Shown: positions 10,460-22,145, numbered from the stretch's first letter. The stretch: 64,000 nt of DNA from a bacterium (GCA_031551405.1 JAVBNQ010000004.1:34185-98184), one strand, 5' to 3'. Notes: generated by a model from the sequence alone, not told the origin. Numbers and translations: made by a program.

Positions 10460-10666
10460 ATGCAGTTGACTATAAACGGAAAAACGCAACATATTAATAT
10501 CAATCAAACTGAAATTTTTTTGAACGAATTAATTGAAATTTTAGCGATCAAACAAAATTTTGTGCTCGAGTTGAATGGTGAAATAATCAAAAAAAACGAA
10601 TTTTTGGCAATCAAAGTTAAAGAAAACGATAATATTGAGATTTTATATTTTATGGGCGGAGGCTGA
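10460..10666 (+). CDS. thiS: ThiS/MoaD-family sulfur-carrier protein
   Basis: 68 aa, beta-grasp length, C-terminal GG(G). Confidence 0.55.
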   Translation: MQLTINGKTQHININQTEIFLNELIEILAIKQNFVLELNGEIIKKNEFLAIKVKENDNIEILYFMGGG

Positions 10667-10778
10667 TAATTTCTAAGGTTTTTTCTAAAATTTTCTAAAT
10701 TTTAAAATTGCTTGTGCGATTTTTAAAACCCTGTATTTATCAAAGCGAGTAAAATTTTTTTAAAAAGGATATAAAAAA

Positions 10779-12227
10779 ATGAAAAAAACTTTATTTTTCA
10801 CTCTATTTTTATTCTCTTATTTTTCTTTTGTCTATTCGAAATCGTCGGATTTTGTGATTTTTAATGCAAATGAATTACAAAATTTTGAAAAAACATTTTT
10901 TGATGATATAGACGATGGAAAACTAGACAGGCATACAAATTATGACGCATTTTTGATAGCATCCGGAATCAACGACGAGAAAAAATATATAAATTATCAA
11001 AAAGATTTTGCAAAGCTCAAAAAAAATTTGGAGTCCGAAATAAAAAACGAAAATTTGACAGATAAAGACGAGATATCAAAAAAAATCTTGAAATTTTTAC
11101 ACCAAAACTATTTGAAAGAATACAAAAATGACTCCAGCTATGCCCAAAACATTTTAGCTCAAAAAACTTATAACGCGCTCTCAAGCTCAATTCTTTTTTC
11201 GATATTAGCGAGTGATTTTGGAATAAGCGTGAGGATAGTTCAACTTCCGACGCATTTCTACGTGATCGCCAACAACCAAAATGTCGAAACGACTCATGAA
11301 AACGGTTTTAATCCGACTGACGAAATAATGAAGCAAATTCTGGCTGGTGCCACAGAATCTGACAAAAAAAGTTTGAATCTTTTGGAGGCGATGAGCCTTT
11401 TATTTTTAACGAGAGGTAATGAAAATTTTAATAATGAGAATTTTAAAAACTTAAAAAAAGGGTTTTATTTTGCAAATTCTCCTATTTTTGTAAATAATCT
11501 AGTCGGACATTTAAATAATTTGTCGATAGAAGCTTCGAACAAAAAAGACCATTCAAAGGCTCTAAAATATGTAAACGAAGCTCTAAAAATCACTCCAAAC
11601 GATGAAAATTTACAAAATAATTTATTACTTTTTTATACACTTTATATTCAAGACATGCTCGACAAAGAAAGTATTGAGCTCGATAAAATTTTGACGATTT
11701 ACAAGGAAGGATGTGAAAAAACAAAAAATAAAACTGAGCTTACAAAAAACGTAAAAAAATTATTCATCAGAAAAATTTCTAATTTAGCAGACAAGCAAAA
11801 CTACGAAATTGCCAAAAGTTTATGTGATTTCGCATTAAGCAATTTGAATAAAGACGAGGAATTTGACGCAACGTTGACGGAATTTTCAATCAAATTAAAA
11901 TCGAATAAAGACAAGGATTTCTTAAATCAGGTTTTAAAGCTCGTTTCTGAAAAAAAATTCAACGAAGCCTCAAAAATGTGCGAGGACAAATTGAAGGAGA
12001 AAGGATTGAATGTCGATATAAAAAACGATTTGGATAAAATTTTGAACAGCATTCAAATGAACATAAAAATCGATTTATACAACAAAATTGTAGCTGATTT
12101 TTACAGTAAGAATAAAGACGTTGTTTTAAAAATGATTGACGAGGCGTTGAAAATGATTGAAAACAAAGAACTCGACGAACAATTACAAAAAATTAAAAAA
12201 ATGTTGCAGGATGAAAAAGAAGTTTAG
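10779..12227 (+). CDS. Secreted protein with degenerate transglutaminase-like core (catalytic Cys replaced by Ser) and helical repeat C-terminus
   Basis: Signal peptide; region …ALSSSILFSILASDFGISVRIVQLPTHFYVI…HENGF… resembles G-C-x-x-F-A…GIPAR-V…H-W-V transglutaminase core but with Ser at the Cys position. Confidence 0.3.
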   Translation: MKKTLFFTLFLFSYFSFVYSKSSDFVIFNANELQNFEKTFFDDIDDGKLDRHTNYDAFLIASGINDEKKYINYQKDFAKLKKNLESEIKNENLTDKDEISKKILKFLHQNYLKEYKNDSSYAQNILAQKTYNALSSSILFSILASDFGISVRIVQLPTHFYVIANNQNVETTHENGFNPTDEIMKQILAGATESDKKSLNLLEAMSLLFLTRGNENFNNENFKNLKKGFYFANSPIFVNNLVGHLNNLSIEASNKKDHSKALKYVNEALKITPNDENLQNNLLLFYTLYIQDMLDKESIELDKILTIYKEGCEKTKNKTELTKNVKKLFIRKISNLADKQNYEIAKSLCDFALSNLNKDEEFDATLTEFSIKLKSNKDKDFLNQVLKLVSEKKFNEASKMCEDKLKEKGLNVDIKNDLDKILNSIQMNIKIDLYNKIVADFYSKNKDVVLKMIDEALKMIENKELDEQLQKIKKMLQDEKEV

Positions 12228-12519
12228 ATTTATATTTCAACAAAAATTTTTGAGCTGACACATAATAAAGTTCTGTTCAAGTCGAAAAAAGATTTCCCGA
12301 ACTGAAAAATGAGAGAAATTATTTTTTGTTTTTTTCTCTAAAAATTACGGTGTAATTTTTTCAAAACCCCTTCATAAAGGAAAGTGGAAAATTTTTTAAA
12401 AAATCGTTTAAAATTTCTAAACTTGTTTGAGCCCCTTTTTGGGCTGCGAGTCTCTTTAGAAATTTAGATTTTTAAAAAAATTTTCCCTATATCCGGAATG
12501 TTAAGGGCGTCGTTTTCTT

Positions 12520-12562
12520 TTGGTTCATTTTCTTTGTGGACGAGCAAAAGAAAATGAACCAA
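12520..12562. repeat. Near-perfect inverted repeat (17-bp arms, 8-nt spacer) inside long non-coding gap
   Basis: ttggttcattttctttg-tggacgag-caaaagaaaatgaaccaa read directly; one bulged A. Confidence 0.8.
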
Positions 12563-12791
12563 GCTCGTGAAAACAATTTGTGAAAAGAAAAGCGGCAGTC
12601 GATAGCCGAAAAACGAAAAATTTTATTCACATAGGAAAAATTCAAAAAAACAAATAATTCACGTTTTTTTGCTTCGACAAAACTTTTTGATTTTTTTTCC
12701 GCCCATTCCTCAGGATTTCCATTTTTCCCGAGCGCGGCGTTCTTTTATCTTTCTTTTTTGACATTGCCCAAAAAAGAAACAAAAAACGCTA

Positions 12792-12819
12792 GTCTGCTTG
12801 ACCTCAGAGATAGGCAGAC
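12792..12819 (-). terminator. Candidate rho-independent terminator downstream of adhE
   Basis: gtctgc…gcagac stem with 16-nt loop, followed on minus strand by agcgTTTTTTgTTTcTTTTTT. Confidence 0.3.
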
Positions 12820-12899
12820 ATATAAAGTAAGAAAAAAGACGAAAATGGAAAAGTTCTTTTTTCTTTTTCAAGCGCAAAAACCAAAGGCAAAAATTTTAC

Positions 12900-15458
12900 T
12901 TATAAAATATTTCTAAAAATTTGTTTTATCTCTTCGATTAACGGATATCTCGGATTCGCCGACGTGCATTGATCGTCGAACGCATTTTCCGCAAGCTCGT
13001 CGATTTTTGCAAAATATTCGCTTTCATTGACTCCAAATTCACTCAACGTCTTTGGCACTTCAACTTCACTTTTCAAATCTTCTATTTTTTTAATCAAATT
13101 CTGCACTTTCTCGTCAGCACTTTTCCCTTCCAATTTCAAAAAATCCGCCAATTCTTTATATCTTTCCTTCGCATTTGGGAATTTATACTGAGGAAAAATT
13201 CCTTGTTTTGTAGGATTATCTGTCGCATTGTACTTGATTATTTCCGTGATTAGCATCGAATTCGCAAGTCCGTGCGGCACATGAAAAGCTGCTCCAAGCT
13301 TGTGCGCCATCGAGTGACAAAGCCCCAAAAATGCGTTCGCAAAAGCCATTCCAGCCAGATTCGCAGCATAATGCATCTTTTCTTTTGCTTCGATGTCGTC
13401 GGTATTTCTGTAAGATCTCGGCAAAAACTCAAAAATCATTTTGAGACTTTCTTTTGCCAGAGAATCAGTGTAAGGGGTCGCAAGCATCGACGCAAAAGCC
13501 TCGATACAATGCGTCATCGCGTCGAGACCAGAATAAGCCACGAGTTTTTTCGGCATTTTCAAGACGAGTTCAGGATCCAAAATCGCGATATTTGGCGTTA
13601 GACCATAGTCTGCAATAGGATATTTCATATTCGCTTTTGTATCGGTAATTACAGCAAAAGGAGTGACTTCTGAGCCGGTACCAGATGTCGTCGGGATACA
13701 GACAAAAATCGCTTTTTTGCCAAGCTCGTCAAAATTATAAATCCGCTTTCTTATGTCCATAAACCTCAACGCAAGCCCGGCAAAATCAAGATCAGGATTT
13801 TCGTACATTGCCCACATAATTTTCGCAGCATCGATAGGCGAGCCGCCACCGATCGCAATTATCGTATCAGCGTCGAAGTCCTGCAAAACTTTCAAACCTT
13901 TTTGAACAGTGTCAAGACTCGGATCAGCTTCAACGTCATCAAAAATTTTAAATTCAACCCCGAGATTTTCTAGATTTTCAGTCAATTTTTTTGTAATTCC
14001 AAGCTGCGTCAAAATTTTATCCGTCACAATAAACGCTCGTTTTTTATTTTTTATGTCGTTCAGTGCCTCTTTTAAAGCACCCATTTTGAAATAAATTTTT
14101 GAAGGAACTTTGAACCAAAGCATATTTTCCCTCCTTTCAGCGACAGTTTTTATATTTAGCAAATGCTTAATTCCGATATTTTCACTCACAGAATTTTTTC
14201 CCCAACTTCCGCACCCGAGAGTCAGCGATGGCTCCAAATAAAAATTGTAAATATCGCCAATCGCCCCTTGTGACGACGGAGTATTTATCAAAACGCGTCC
14301 GGTCTCAAGATTTTGGCTAAATTGCTGAACCCTATCATAATTTTGAGGATCCGTGTACAAAACGCTCGTGTGTCCCGGTCCGGCAAATTTCACCAAATTT
14401 TCCGCTTTTTGCATTCCGTCATTAAACGAGGAAGCCTTATACATTGCCAAAACCGGCGACAATTTCTCAACGGAAAAAATTTCTTCAAGTCCTATTTTCT
14501 CAATTTGAACTATTAAAATTTTCACATTTTTGGGAAGTTTTAAACCTGCAAGTTCTGCAATTTTATCTGCGCTTTGTCCGACTATAATTGTGTTAAATTT
14601 TCCATCTTTTGTGATAAATTGCCGCAATTTTTCTTGCTCGTCTTTGCTTAAAATATGGCATCCTCGATATGCAAATTCTTTTTTCACGTCTTCATAAATT
14701 TTCTCGTGCGCAATGACAGACTGTTCCGATGCGCAAATAACGCCATTGTCAAAAGTTTTGCTCAAAATAATCGAATTAACCGCAAGCTTCACATCTGCAG
14801 TCTCATCTATAAAAGCCGGCGTATTTCCAGCTCCGACTCCAATCGACGGTGTCCCGGAAGAATAAGCCGCGTTCACCATTCCCGGTCCGCCAGTCGCCAA
14901 AATCAAACCCGATTCTTTCATTAAATTTTGCGTCATTTCGAGACTCGGCTCGTCTATCCAAGAAATAATATTTTCCGGCGCTCCGGCTTTTACCGCAGCT
15001 TCGAGAATAATTCGAGCAGCTTTTATCGTACAATTTTTTGCTCGCGGATGAGGCGAAAATATTATGGCGTTTCTTGTCTTAAGAGCGAGAAGAGCTTTAA
15101 AAATCACAGTAGACGTAGGATTTGTCGTCGGAATGACGCCGGCAATTATTCCAATCGGAGACGCAATTCTCTTGATTCCACCCGCAAAATTCTCGTCAAT
15201 TACTCCGCAAGTCTTTGCGTTTTTGTATTTGTTGTATATGAATTCAGCCGCAAAATGGTTTTTTATAACTTTGTCCTCGACAATTCCCATTCCAGTTTCG
15301 CTTGCAGCATCTTTTGCGAGCTCGAGACGAGCATTATTCGCAGCCAAAGCCGCCATTTTAAAGATGTAATCGACTTTTTCTTGCGTAAAAACTGAATATT
15401 TTCTGTAAGCTTCTCGACTTTTTTCTAATAAATTTTGAAGCCTTTCTGTCTGTTCCAT
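12900..15458 (-). CDS. adhE: Bifunctional acetaldehyde-CoA/alcohol dehydrogenase
   Basis: 852 aa; N-terminal aldehyde DH domain and C-terminal Fe-ADH domain (…GGGSPIDAAK…), typical AdhE length. Confidence 0.9.
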   Translation of the reverse strand: MEQTERLQNLLEKSREAYRKYSVFTQEKVDYIFKMAALAANNARLELAKDAASETGMGIVEDKVIKNHFAAEFIYNKYKNAKTCGVIDENFAGGIKRIASPIGIIAGVIPTTNPTSTVIFKALLALKTRNAIIFSPHPRAKNCTIKAARIILEAAVKAGAPENIISWIDEPSLEMTQNLMKESGLILATGGPGMVNAAYSSGTPSIGVGAGNTPAFIDETADVKLAVNSIILSKTFDNGVICASEQSVIAHEKIYEDVKKEFAYRGCHILSKDEQEKLRQFITKDGKFNTIIVGQSADKIAELAGLKLPKNVKILIVQIEKIGLEEIFSVEKLSPVLAMYKASSFNDGMQKAENLVKFAGPGHTSVLYTDPQNYDRVQQFSQNLETGRVLINTPSSQGAIGDIYNFYLEPSLTLGCGSWGKNSVSENIGIKHLLNIKTVAERRENMLWFKVPSKIYFKMGALKEALNDIKNKKRAFIVTDKILTQLGITKKLTENLENLGVEFKIFDDVEADPSLDTVQKGLKVLQDFDADTIIAIGGGSPIDAAKIMWAMYENPDLDFAGLALRFMDIRKRIYNFDELGKKAIFVCIPTTSGTGSEVTPFAVITDTKANMKYPIADYGLTPNIAILDPELVLKMPKKLVAYSGLDAMTHCIEAFASMLATPYTDSLAKESLKMIFEFLPRSYRNTDDIEAKEKMHYAANLAGMAFANAFLGLCHSMAHKLGAAFHVPHGLANSMLITEIIKYNATDNPTKQGIFPQYKFPNAKERYKELADFLKLEGKSADEKVQNLIKKIEDLKSEVEVPKTLSEFGVNESEYFAKIDELAENAFDDQCTSANPRYPLIEEIKQIFRNIL

Positions 15459-15485
15459 TTTTTGCCTCGTTGGATAATTTTCCGA

Positions 15486-16658
15486 TTAATTTAAAACATC
15501 ATCTAAAAATTTTATCAAATACTTGATATTTTCTCGCTCGATAAAAAAACTCGGTAAAAATCTCAAAATTTTCTGCTGAACAACGTTGATTACCAAGCCT
15601 TTTTCAAGAGCAATATTTACTAAATTTGGAATTTCAGCCTCTAGTTCAACTCCAAGCATCAAACCTTTCCCTCGAACATCTTTTATACAATTGTGCTTTT
15701 TCTTCAGATCTAAAAGTCGGGTTTTGAAGTATTCACCGATTTTCTCAACATTCTCAAGTCTTTCTTTGGTCAATTGCTTTATCACCTCGAGAGCTGCTCG
15801 GCAAGCGACTGGATTCCCGCCGAAAGTCGTGCCGTGAGTTCCATAAGTCAAAACGTCTTTGTACTTCTCGTTTATTATCACAGCTCCTAGTGGCAAGCCT
15901 CCGCCTAAAGCCTTTGCAAGCGTTACAACATCAGGCTTAATTCCAAAATGCTCGTAGCAAAACATTTTTCCTGTTCGCCCAAGCCCCGTCTGAATCTCGT
16001 CAACAATGAAAATCAAATCATTTTTTTTACAAAAATCAGCGATTTCCTTCACAAACTTTTCGTCCAAAACCGCAACACCTCCTTCACCTTGAATGAGCTC
16101 GAGCATAATCGCAATAGTTTTTTCGCTAAAATTTTCCCTCACACTTTGCATATTATTTATCTCAGCATACTTGAAACCCTCGAGCAAAGGCTCAAATCCG
16201 TCGTGAAATTTTTCTTGTCCTGTGGCAGTCAGAGTTGCCATTGTCCTTCCGTGAAAAGAATTTTTGAAACTAATTATCTCAAACCTCTTTCGAATGTCCT
16301 TGTTCCCGCATTTCCGAGCAAGTTTTATCGCACACTCGTTGGCTTCCGCACCACTATTCGCAAAAAAAATCTTAGCTTTCTCGCCATAAAGTTCGATTAA
16401 TTTTTCAGCCAAATCAAGTTGCGGAATATTGTAAAAAATGTTTGAAATATGCAATAAGTTATCGACTTGATTTTTTATAACATCGCTTACTGCTTTGTTG
16501 CAATGTCCGAGCGAACAAACCGAAATTCCAGTCAAAAAATCGATGTATTTTTTCCCATTTTCATCCCAAAGATAGTTCCCTTCTCCTCGTACAAAACAAA
16601 CCGGCAATCTTTTGTAAACACTCACAAAACTATTTTTTTCTCGATCTATAAAATTCAT
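15486..16658 (-). CDS. argD: Acetylornithine aminotransferase (class III PLP aminotransferase)
   Basis: …DEIQTGLGRTGKMF…TLAKALGGG… PLP-lysine region; adjacent to argB. Confidence 0.8.
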   Translation of the reverse strand: MNFIDREKNSFVSVYKRLPVCFVRGEGNYLWDENGKKYIDFLTGISVCSLGHCNKAVSDVIKNQVDNLLHISNIFYNIPQLDLAEKLIELYGEKAKIFFANSGAEANECAIKLARKCGNKDIRKRFEIISFKNSFHGRTMATLTATGQEKFHDGFEPLLEGFKYAEINNMQSVRENFSEKTIAIMLELIQGEGGVAVLDEKFVKEIADFCKKNDLIFIVDEIQTGLGRTGKMFCYEHFGIKPDVVTLAKALGGGLPLGAVIINEKYKDVLTYGTHGTTFGGNPVACRAALEVIKQLTKERLENVEKIGEYFKTRLLDLKKKHNCIKDVRGKGLMLGVELEAEIPNLVNIALEKGLVINVVQQKILRFLPSFFIERENIKYLIKFLDDVLN

Positions 16659-17437
16659 TTCACAATCCTCGTACCTAAAATCTCGTTATTTTTTAAAAAT
16701 TTTTCGATAATCCCAAATTCTCTCCCATCAATAATACTAACTTCTTCGACGCCAAGTTCGAGAGATTTGAAACTCGACTTAATTTTTGGCAGCATTCCGC
16801 CGGTGATAATTTTCTGCTCTATTAATTCATCAGCCAATTTTTTATCCAATATCTGAACAACCGATTTTTCGTCATTTTGATCGAGCATCACACCTTTCAT
16901 GTCCGTCATAAAAACGAGTTTTTCGGCTTTTAACTCAGTGGCGATGACGTCAGCTGCATCGTCGGCATTTATATTTAGAATTTCGCCGATTTCAGTCGTC
17001 GAAACTGGAGAAATTATTGGAATAATTCCGGCATTTAAAAGTTTTTGCAAAAACCCTGCGTTCACTTTTTCCGGTTTTCCGACGAAACCAAGCTCATCTT
17101 GCTTTTTAGCGATTATCAAGTTCGAGTCTCGTCCTGAAATCCCGGCACAGTTTATTCCAAATCTCGAGAGCTCCGAAGTCAATTGTTTGTTTACTTTGCC
17201 GGATAAAACCATCTCCACGACTTCCACGCTTTTCTCATCGGTATAACGAAGCCCATTCACAAATTTCGTCTCAAGATTCAGCGTCTCAAGCCAAAAAGTA
17301 ATTTCCTTCCCTCCGCCGTGAACGATCACGACTTGATTTCCTGCCAAAATTAAATCTTTAACGTCTTCCCAAAACTTATTTCTGTTCACATTATTCGAGA
17401 ACAAACTTCCGCCAAATTTTATTACAAATGTTTTCAT
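16655..17437 (-). CDS. argB: Acetylglutamate kinase
   Basis: MKTFVIKFGGS… amino-acid kinase N-terminus, 260 aa. Confidence 0.85.
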   Translation of the reverse strand: MKTFVIKFGGSLFSNNVNRNKFWEDVKDLILAGNQVVIVHGGGKEITFWLETLNLETKFVNGLRYTDEKSVEVVEMVLSGKVNKQLTSELSRFGINCAGISGRDSNLIIAKKQDELGFVGKPEKVNAGFLQKLLNAGIIPIISPVSTTEIGEILNINADDAADVIATELKAEKLVFMTDMKGVMLDQNDEKSVVQILDKKLADELIEQKIITGGMLPKIKSSFKSLELGVEEVSIIDGREFGIIEKFLKNNEILGTRIVK

Positions 17438-17512
17438 TTTCCCTCAATCATTTTTTCAGAAAACAACTCGCTAAATTTTTCAATAAATTTATTTGCTTTA
17501 CTTAAATAAAAA

Positions 17513-19132
<1,620 letters not shown>

Positions 19133-19160
19133 TTAAATTTAAAAAATAAAATCAAAAAAT

Positions 19161-20060
19161 CTAAAAAGCCAAAGAAATATCAAAACTTGAAGCAGAATGC
19201 GTAATTCTTCCCATCGAAATTCTGTCGACATCCAAATTCTTAATTTTTTCCAAGTCTTCCATCGAAACACCGCCTGAAATTTCGATCTCGTAAATTTTCT
19301 TGTTGGCCTTCTCTCTGTCTCGAATCAAAAATATGGATTTTTCCAGTTCATCGAGATTCATATTGTCGAGCATAATTATATCGGCATTCCAAATCTCGTC
19401 GTAGCTAAAATACGCAAAATTATCGATTTCAACTTCGACTAACTTCCGAGCTCCAATATTTCGGTCGAGCTTCCGTAAATAATCCAAAACAAACGCCTTA
19501 TTTCCCTCTAAATGGTTGTCTTTTATGAGCAAATGTTCGCCCAAATTCAAGCGATGGTTTCGTCCGCCGCCTCTCGCGACCGAATATTTATCAGGTATTC
19601 GCCAGCCAGGAATCGTCTTTCGCGTGTCATAAATTTTCGCTTTTGAATTTTTGAGAATTTCAGCCATTTTTTGAGTACAAGTCGCGACCCCAGACATTCT
19701 CGACAAAAAATTCAAAAGCGTTCTTTCCAGTTTCAAAATATCCTCTAATTCACCTTTCAATTCCGCAATAATTTGATTCTTAGAAACAAAATCTCCGTCG
19801 TTAAAAAAAGTCGTCAAATCTAAATTTCCAGCAATATATTTTTTAGATTTTGCGATTTCAATCACGATTGGAATCAAAATTAATCCTGATATAATTCCAG
19901 ATTCTTTTGCGATAAATTTCGTCAGCGCGATATTTTTGTTTTCCAGAAATTGTAAACTATCGCATGTCGCATCGCCATATTGCAAGTCTTCGTCTAAAGC
20001 CAGTTCAATCAGCCTTTTAACTTCCAAACTTTTGATTAAAATTTCATCGGTAATTTGCAC
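19161..20060 (-). CDS. nadC: Nicotinate-nucleotide pyrophosphorylase (quinolinate phosphoribosyltransferase)
   Basis: …LALDEDLQYGDATCD… N-terminal motif and QPRTase core. Track ORF starts at a TTG at 20147 and overlaps the upstream Smr-like ORF by 73 nt; a GTG at 20060 preceded by GAGG is the more plausible start. Confidence 0.75.
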   Translation of the reverse strand: MQITDEILIKSLEVKRLIELALDEDLQYGDATCDSLQFLENKNIALTKFIAKESGIISGLILIPIVIEIAKSKKYIAGNLDLTTFFNDGDFVSKNQIIAELKGELEDILKLERTLLNFLSRMSGVATCTQKMAEILKNSKAKIYDTRKTIPGWRIPDKYSVARGGGRNHRLNLGEHLLIKDNHLEGNKAFVLDYLRKLDRNIGARKLVEVEIDNFAYFSYDEIWNADIIMLDNMNLDELEKSIFLIRDREKANKKIYEIEISGGVSMEDLEKIKNLDVDRISMGRITHSASSFDISLAF

Positions 20061-20073
20061 TCTTGCCTCGCAT

Positions 20074-20286
20074 TTAATCTTCGTAAACAATAAAACTTCC
20101 GAGATTAAAATCACTGTGATTTTTAAATTTAAATTTATGCTTTTCAAAAATTTTTTTTACCAAAATCTGCATTTTCACACTGTTTCCTGTTACGATCTCT
20201 AGAGGACAGTCATTGCAAAGCAAAAAATTTTCTACGATTCTCTCAACGTCTTCGTGCTTTACTCCGTGTAAATCCAGACGTTTCAT
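20074..20286 (-). CDS. Small Smr-domain-like protein
   Basis: 70 aa; LDLHGVKHEDVERIVENFL…EIVTGNS resembles the Smr LDLHG…ITGKG signature. Confidence 0.4.
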   Translation of the reverse strand: MKRLDLHGVKHEDVERIVENFLLCNDCPLEIVTGNSVKMQILVKKIFEKHKFKFKNHSDFNLGSFIVYED

Positions 20287-20867
20287 TATTTGTAAAGCTC
20301 GTTTTCGTAGATATAATTTTTCACAATTTCAGGCGTCAAATATTTAATGCTCAGATTATTTTTTATTCTTTCTCGAATCAAAGTCGATGAAATATTCACG
20401 TCTAGATCATTTACAAAAAAAAGATTTTGTGCATATTTTTTAAATTCTGATTTTAATTTCAAGCTAGTCTTTTCAAAGCGTGACATAACAATAAATTTGC
20501 ACATATTCAAAAGATTTAAGCCTTTTTTCCAATTTTTAATTTCAAGGAAGGCATCTAACCCAAGAATAAAAAATAATTCGTCATTTTTGTATTTTTGCGC
20601 AAAAAAACTAATTGTTTGATATGAAAATTTAAATTTTGGGCTCATTTCAAGAGGAGAAATAAAAAAACGAGCATTGTCTTGAATTGCCAAAAGAGTCATT
20701 TGGTATCTATGATTTTTGTGAATTAAATTTGATTCTTTGTGAGGAGGATTCCCAGATGGCAGAAAATAAATTTTGTCCAAGTTAAATTGCGACAAAGCAG
20801 TTTCTGCAATTATCAAATGTCCGTTGTGAATAGGATTAAAAGTGCCGGCAAATAATCCTATTCTCAT
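20286..20867 (-). CDS. nadD: Nicotinate-nucleotide adenylyltransferase
   Basis: MRIGLFAGTFNPIHNGHL (H/T-x-G-H nucleotidyltransferase motif). Confidence 0.85.
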   Translation of the reverse strand: MRIGLFAGTFNPIHNGHLIIAETALSQFNLDKIYFLPSGNPPHKESNLIHKNHRYQMTLLAIQDNARFFISPLEMSPKFKFSYQTISFFAQKYKNDELFFILGLDAFLEIKNWKKGLNLLNMCKFIVMSRFEKTSLKLKSEFKKYAQNLFFVNDLDVNISSTLIRERIKNNLSIKYLTPEIVKNYIYENELYK

Positions 20868-22136
20868 CTATTTTCTCACTTGACCTGTGCCGCGAATCAC
20901 GTATTTGTAACTCGTGAGCTCCTTAATACCCATTGGTCCGCGAGCATGAAGTTTTTGTGTTGAAATGCCGATTTCGGCTCCTAGACCAAATTCTCCGCCG
21001 TCCGTAAATCTCGTCGACGCATTATGATAAACACTCGCTGCGTCAACTTCAAGCAAAAATCTCTCGGCAATTTCTTTATTTTCTGTAACTATTGCCTCAC
21101 TATGCGAGGTTCCGTGTTTTTTTATATGAAGAAGCGCATCTGAAAAATTTTCTACGATTTTTATAGCCAAAATTTTGTCCAAATACTCCTCATCCCAATC
21201 TTTTTCTGTCGCAAGTTTTATCTTTATATTTGCATCCTTTAAAATCCGGAAACTTTCCGGACATCCTCGCAATTCAATTTTTTCCGCATCTAATTTCCTC
21301 GTTAACTCCGACAAAAACGACTGAGCAATAGTCTTGTTTACGAGAAGAGTTTCGAGCGCATTACAGACTCCAGGGCGACTCACTTTTGCGTTAATTACAA
21401 TCTTCGTCGCCATTTCCAAATCTGCGAATTCATCCACATAAACGTGACATAAACCTTTTCCATGTTTTATGACTGGAATTTTTGAATTTGCTACTATAGA
21501 ATCTATCATCGCTTGACTTCCGCGAGGTATTATCACGTCAACTAATTTGTCGAGTTTCAAAAGCTCATTTACTGCTTCTCGATTCGACGTATCAATAAAT
21601 TCGATCGCTCCACTTGGCCAGCCTTTTTCCATCGCAGCCTTTATCGCGAGCTCTGATAGAATCATATTAGAATTTAACGTCTCAGATCCGCCCTTCAAAA
21701 TCACGGAGTTTCCTGACTTAACGCAAAGAGCGATTGTATCGATCGTCACATTTGGCCTAGACTCATAAATCACTCCAATCACACCGAACGGGACTCGTTT
21801 TTTCTCAATCAAAAGTCCGCTTCTATTAACAAACGACTCCAAAATTTCGCCAATCGGATCGTCTAATTTTGTAATTTCTCGAACAGAATTTGCAAGCTGC
21901 CGAAGTCTTTCTTCCGTCAATGTCAGTCTATCGATAAGACTTTCGCTCAAACCAACGCTCTTTGCTGCCTCGACATCGATACTATTTCTAAACAAAACCT
22001 CATCGATATTTTTTTCAATGATTTCTGCTATTGCGTTTAAAACATTGTTTTTATTCTCGTTATTTATAACGACTAAGCTAGACGAGGCATTTTTTGCTAG
22101 AGTAGCTTTTTTTAAAATCACATCGGCAATATTCAT
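20868..22136 (-). CDS. proA: Gamma-glutamyl phosphate reductase
   Basis: 422 aa; …PGVCNALETLLV… catalytic Cys motif. Confidence 0.85.
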   Translation of the reverse strand: MNIADVILKKATLAKNASSSLVVINNENKNNVLNAIAEIIEKNIDEVLFRNSIDVEAAKSVGLSESLIDRLTLTEERLRQLANSVREITKLDDPIGEILESFVNRSGLLIEKKRVPFGVIGVIYESRPNVTIDTIALCVKSGNSVILKGGSETLNSNMILSELAIKAAMEKGWPSGAIEFIDTSNREAVNELLKLDKLVDVIIPRGSQAMIDSIVANSKIPVIKHGKGLCHVYVDEFADLEMATKIVINAKVSRPGVCNALETLLVNKTIAQSFLSELTRKLDAEKIELRGCPESFRILKDANIKIKLATEKDWDEEYLDKILAIKIVENFSDALLHIKKHGTSHSEAIVTENKEIAERFLLEVDAASVYHNASTRFTDGGEFGLGAEIGISTQKLHARGPMGIKELTSYKYVIRGTGQVRK

Positions 22137-22145
22137 CTTTCCTTC

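Noticed and set aside
12431-12450. agcccc-ttttt-gggct hairpin, as a possible terminator for the 10779..12227 gene
   Set aside because: The 5-bp stem is not followed by a T-tract on either strand. It is left as part of the unexplained intergenic region.
12969-15395. Multiple 60-155-aa ORFs antisense to adhE
   Set aside because: They lie entirely within a confidently identified 852-aa gene. They are Arg/Ser-rich, low-complexity artefacts of reading an AT-rich gene in reverse.
20060-20147. Extended N-terminus of nadC overlapping the Smr-like ORF by 73 nt
   Set aside because: The track start is a TTG far upstream of the conserved NadC N-terminal motif. A GTG with a GAGG RBS at 20060 gives a normal-length NadC and removes the overlap.
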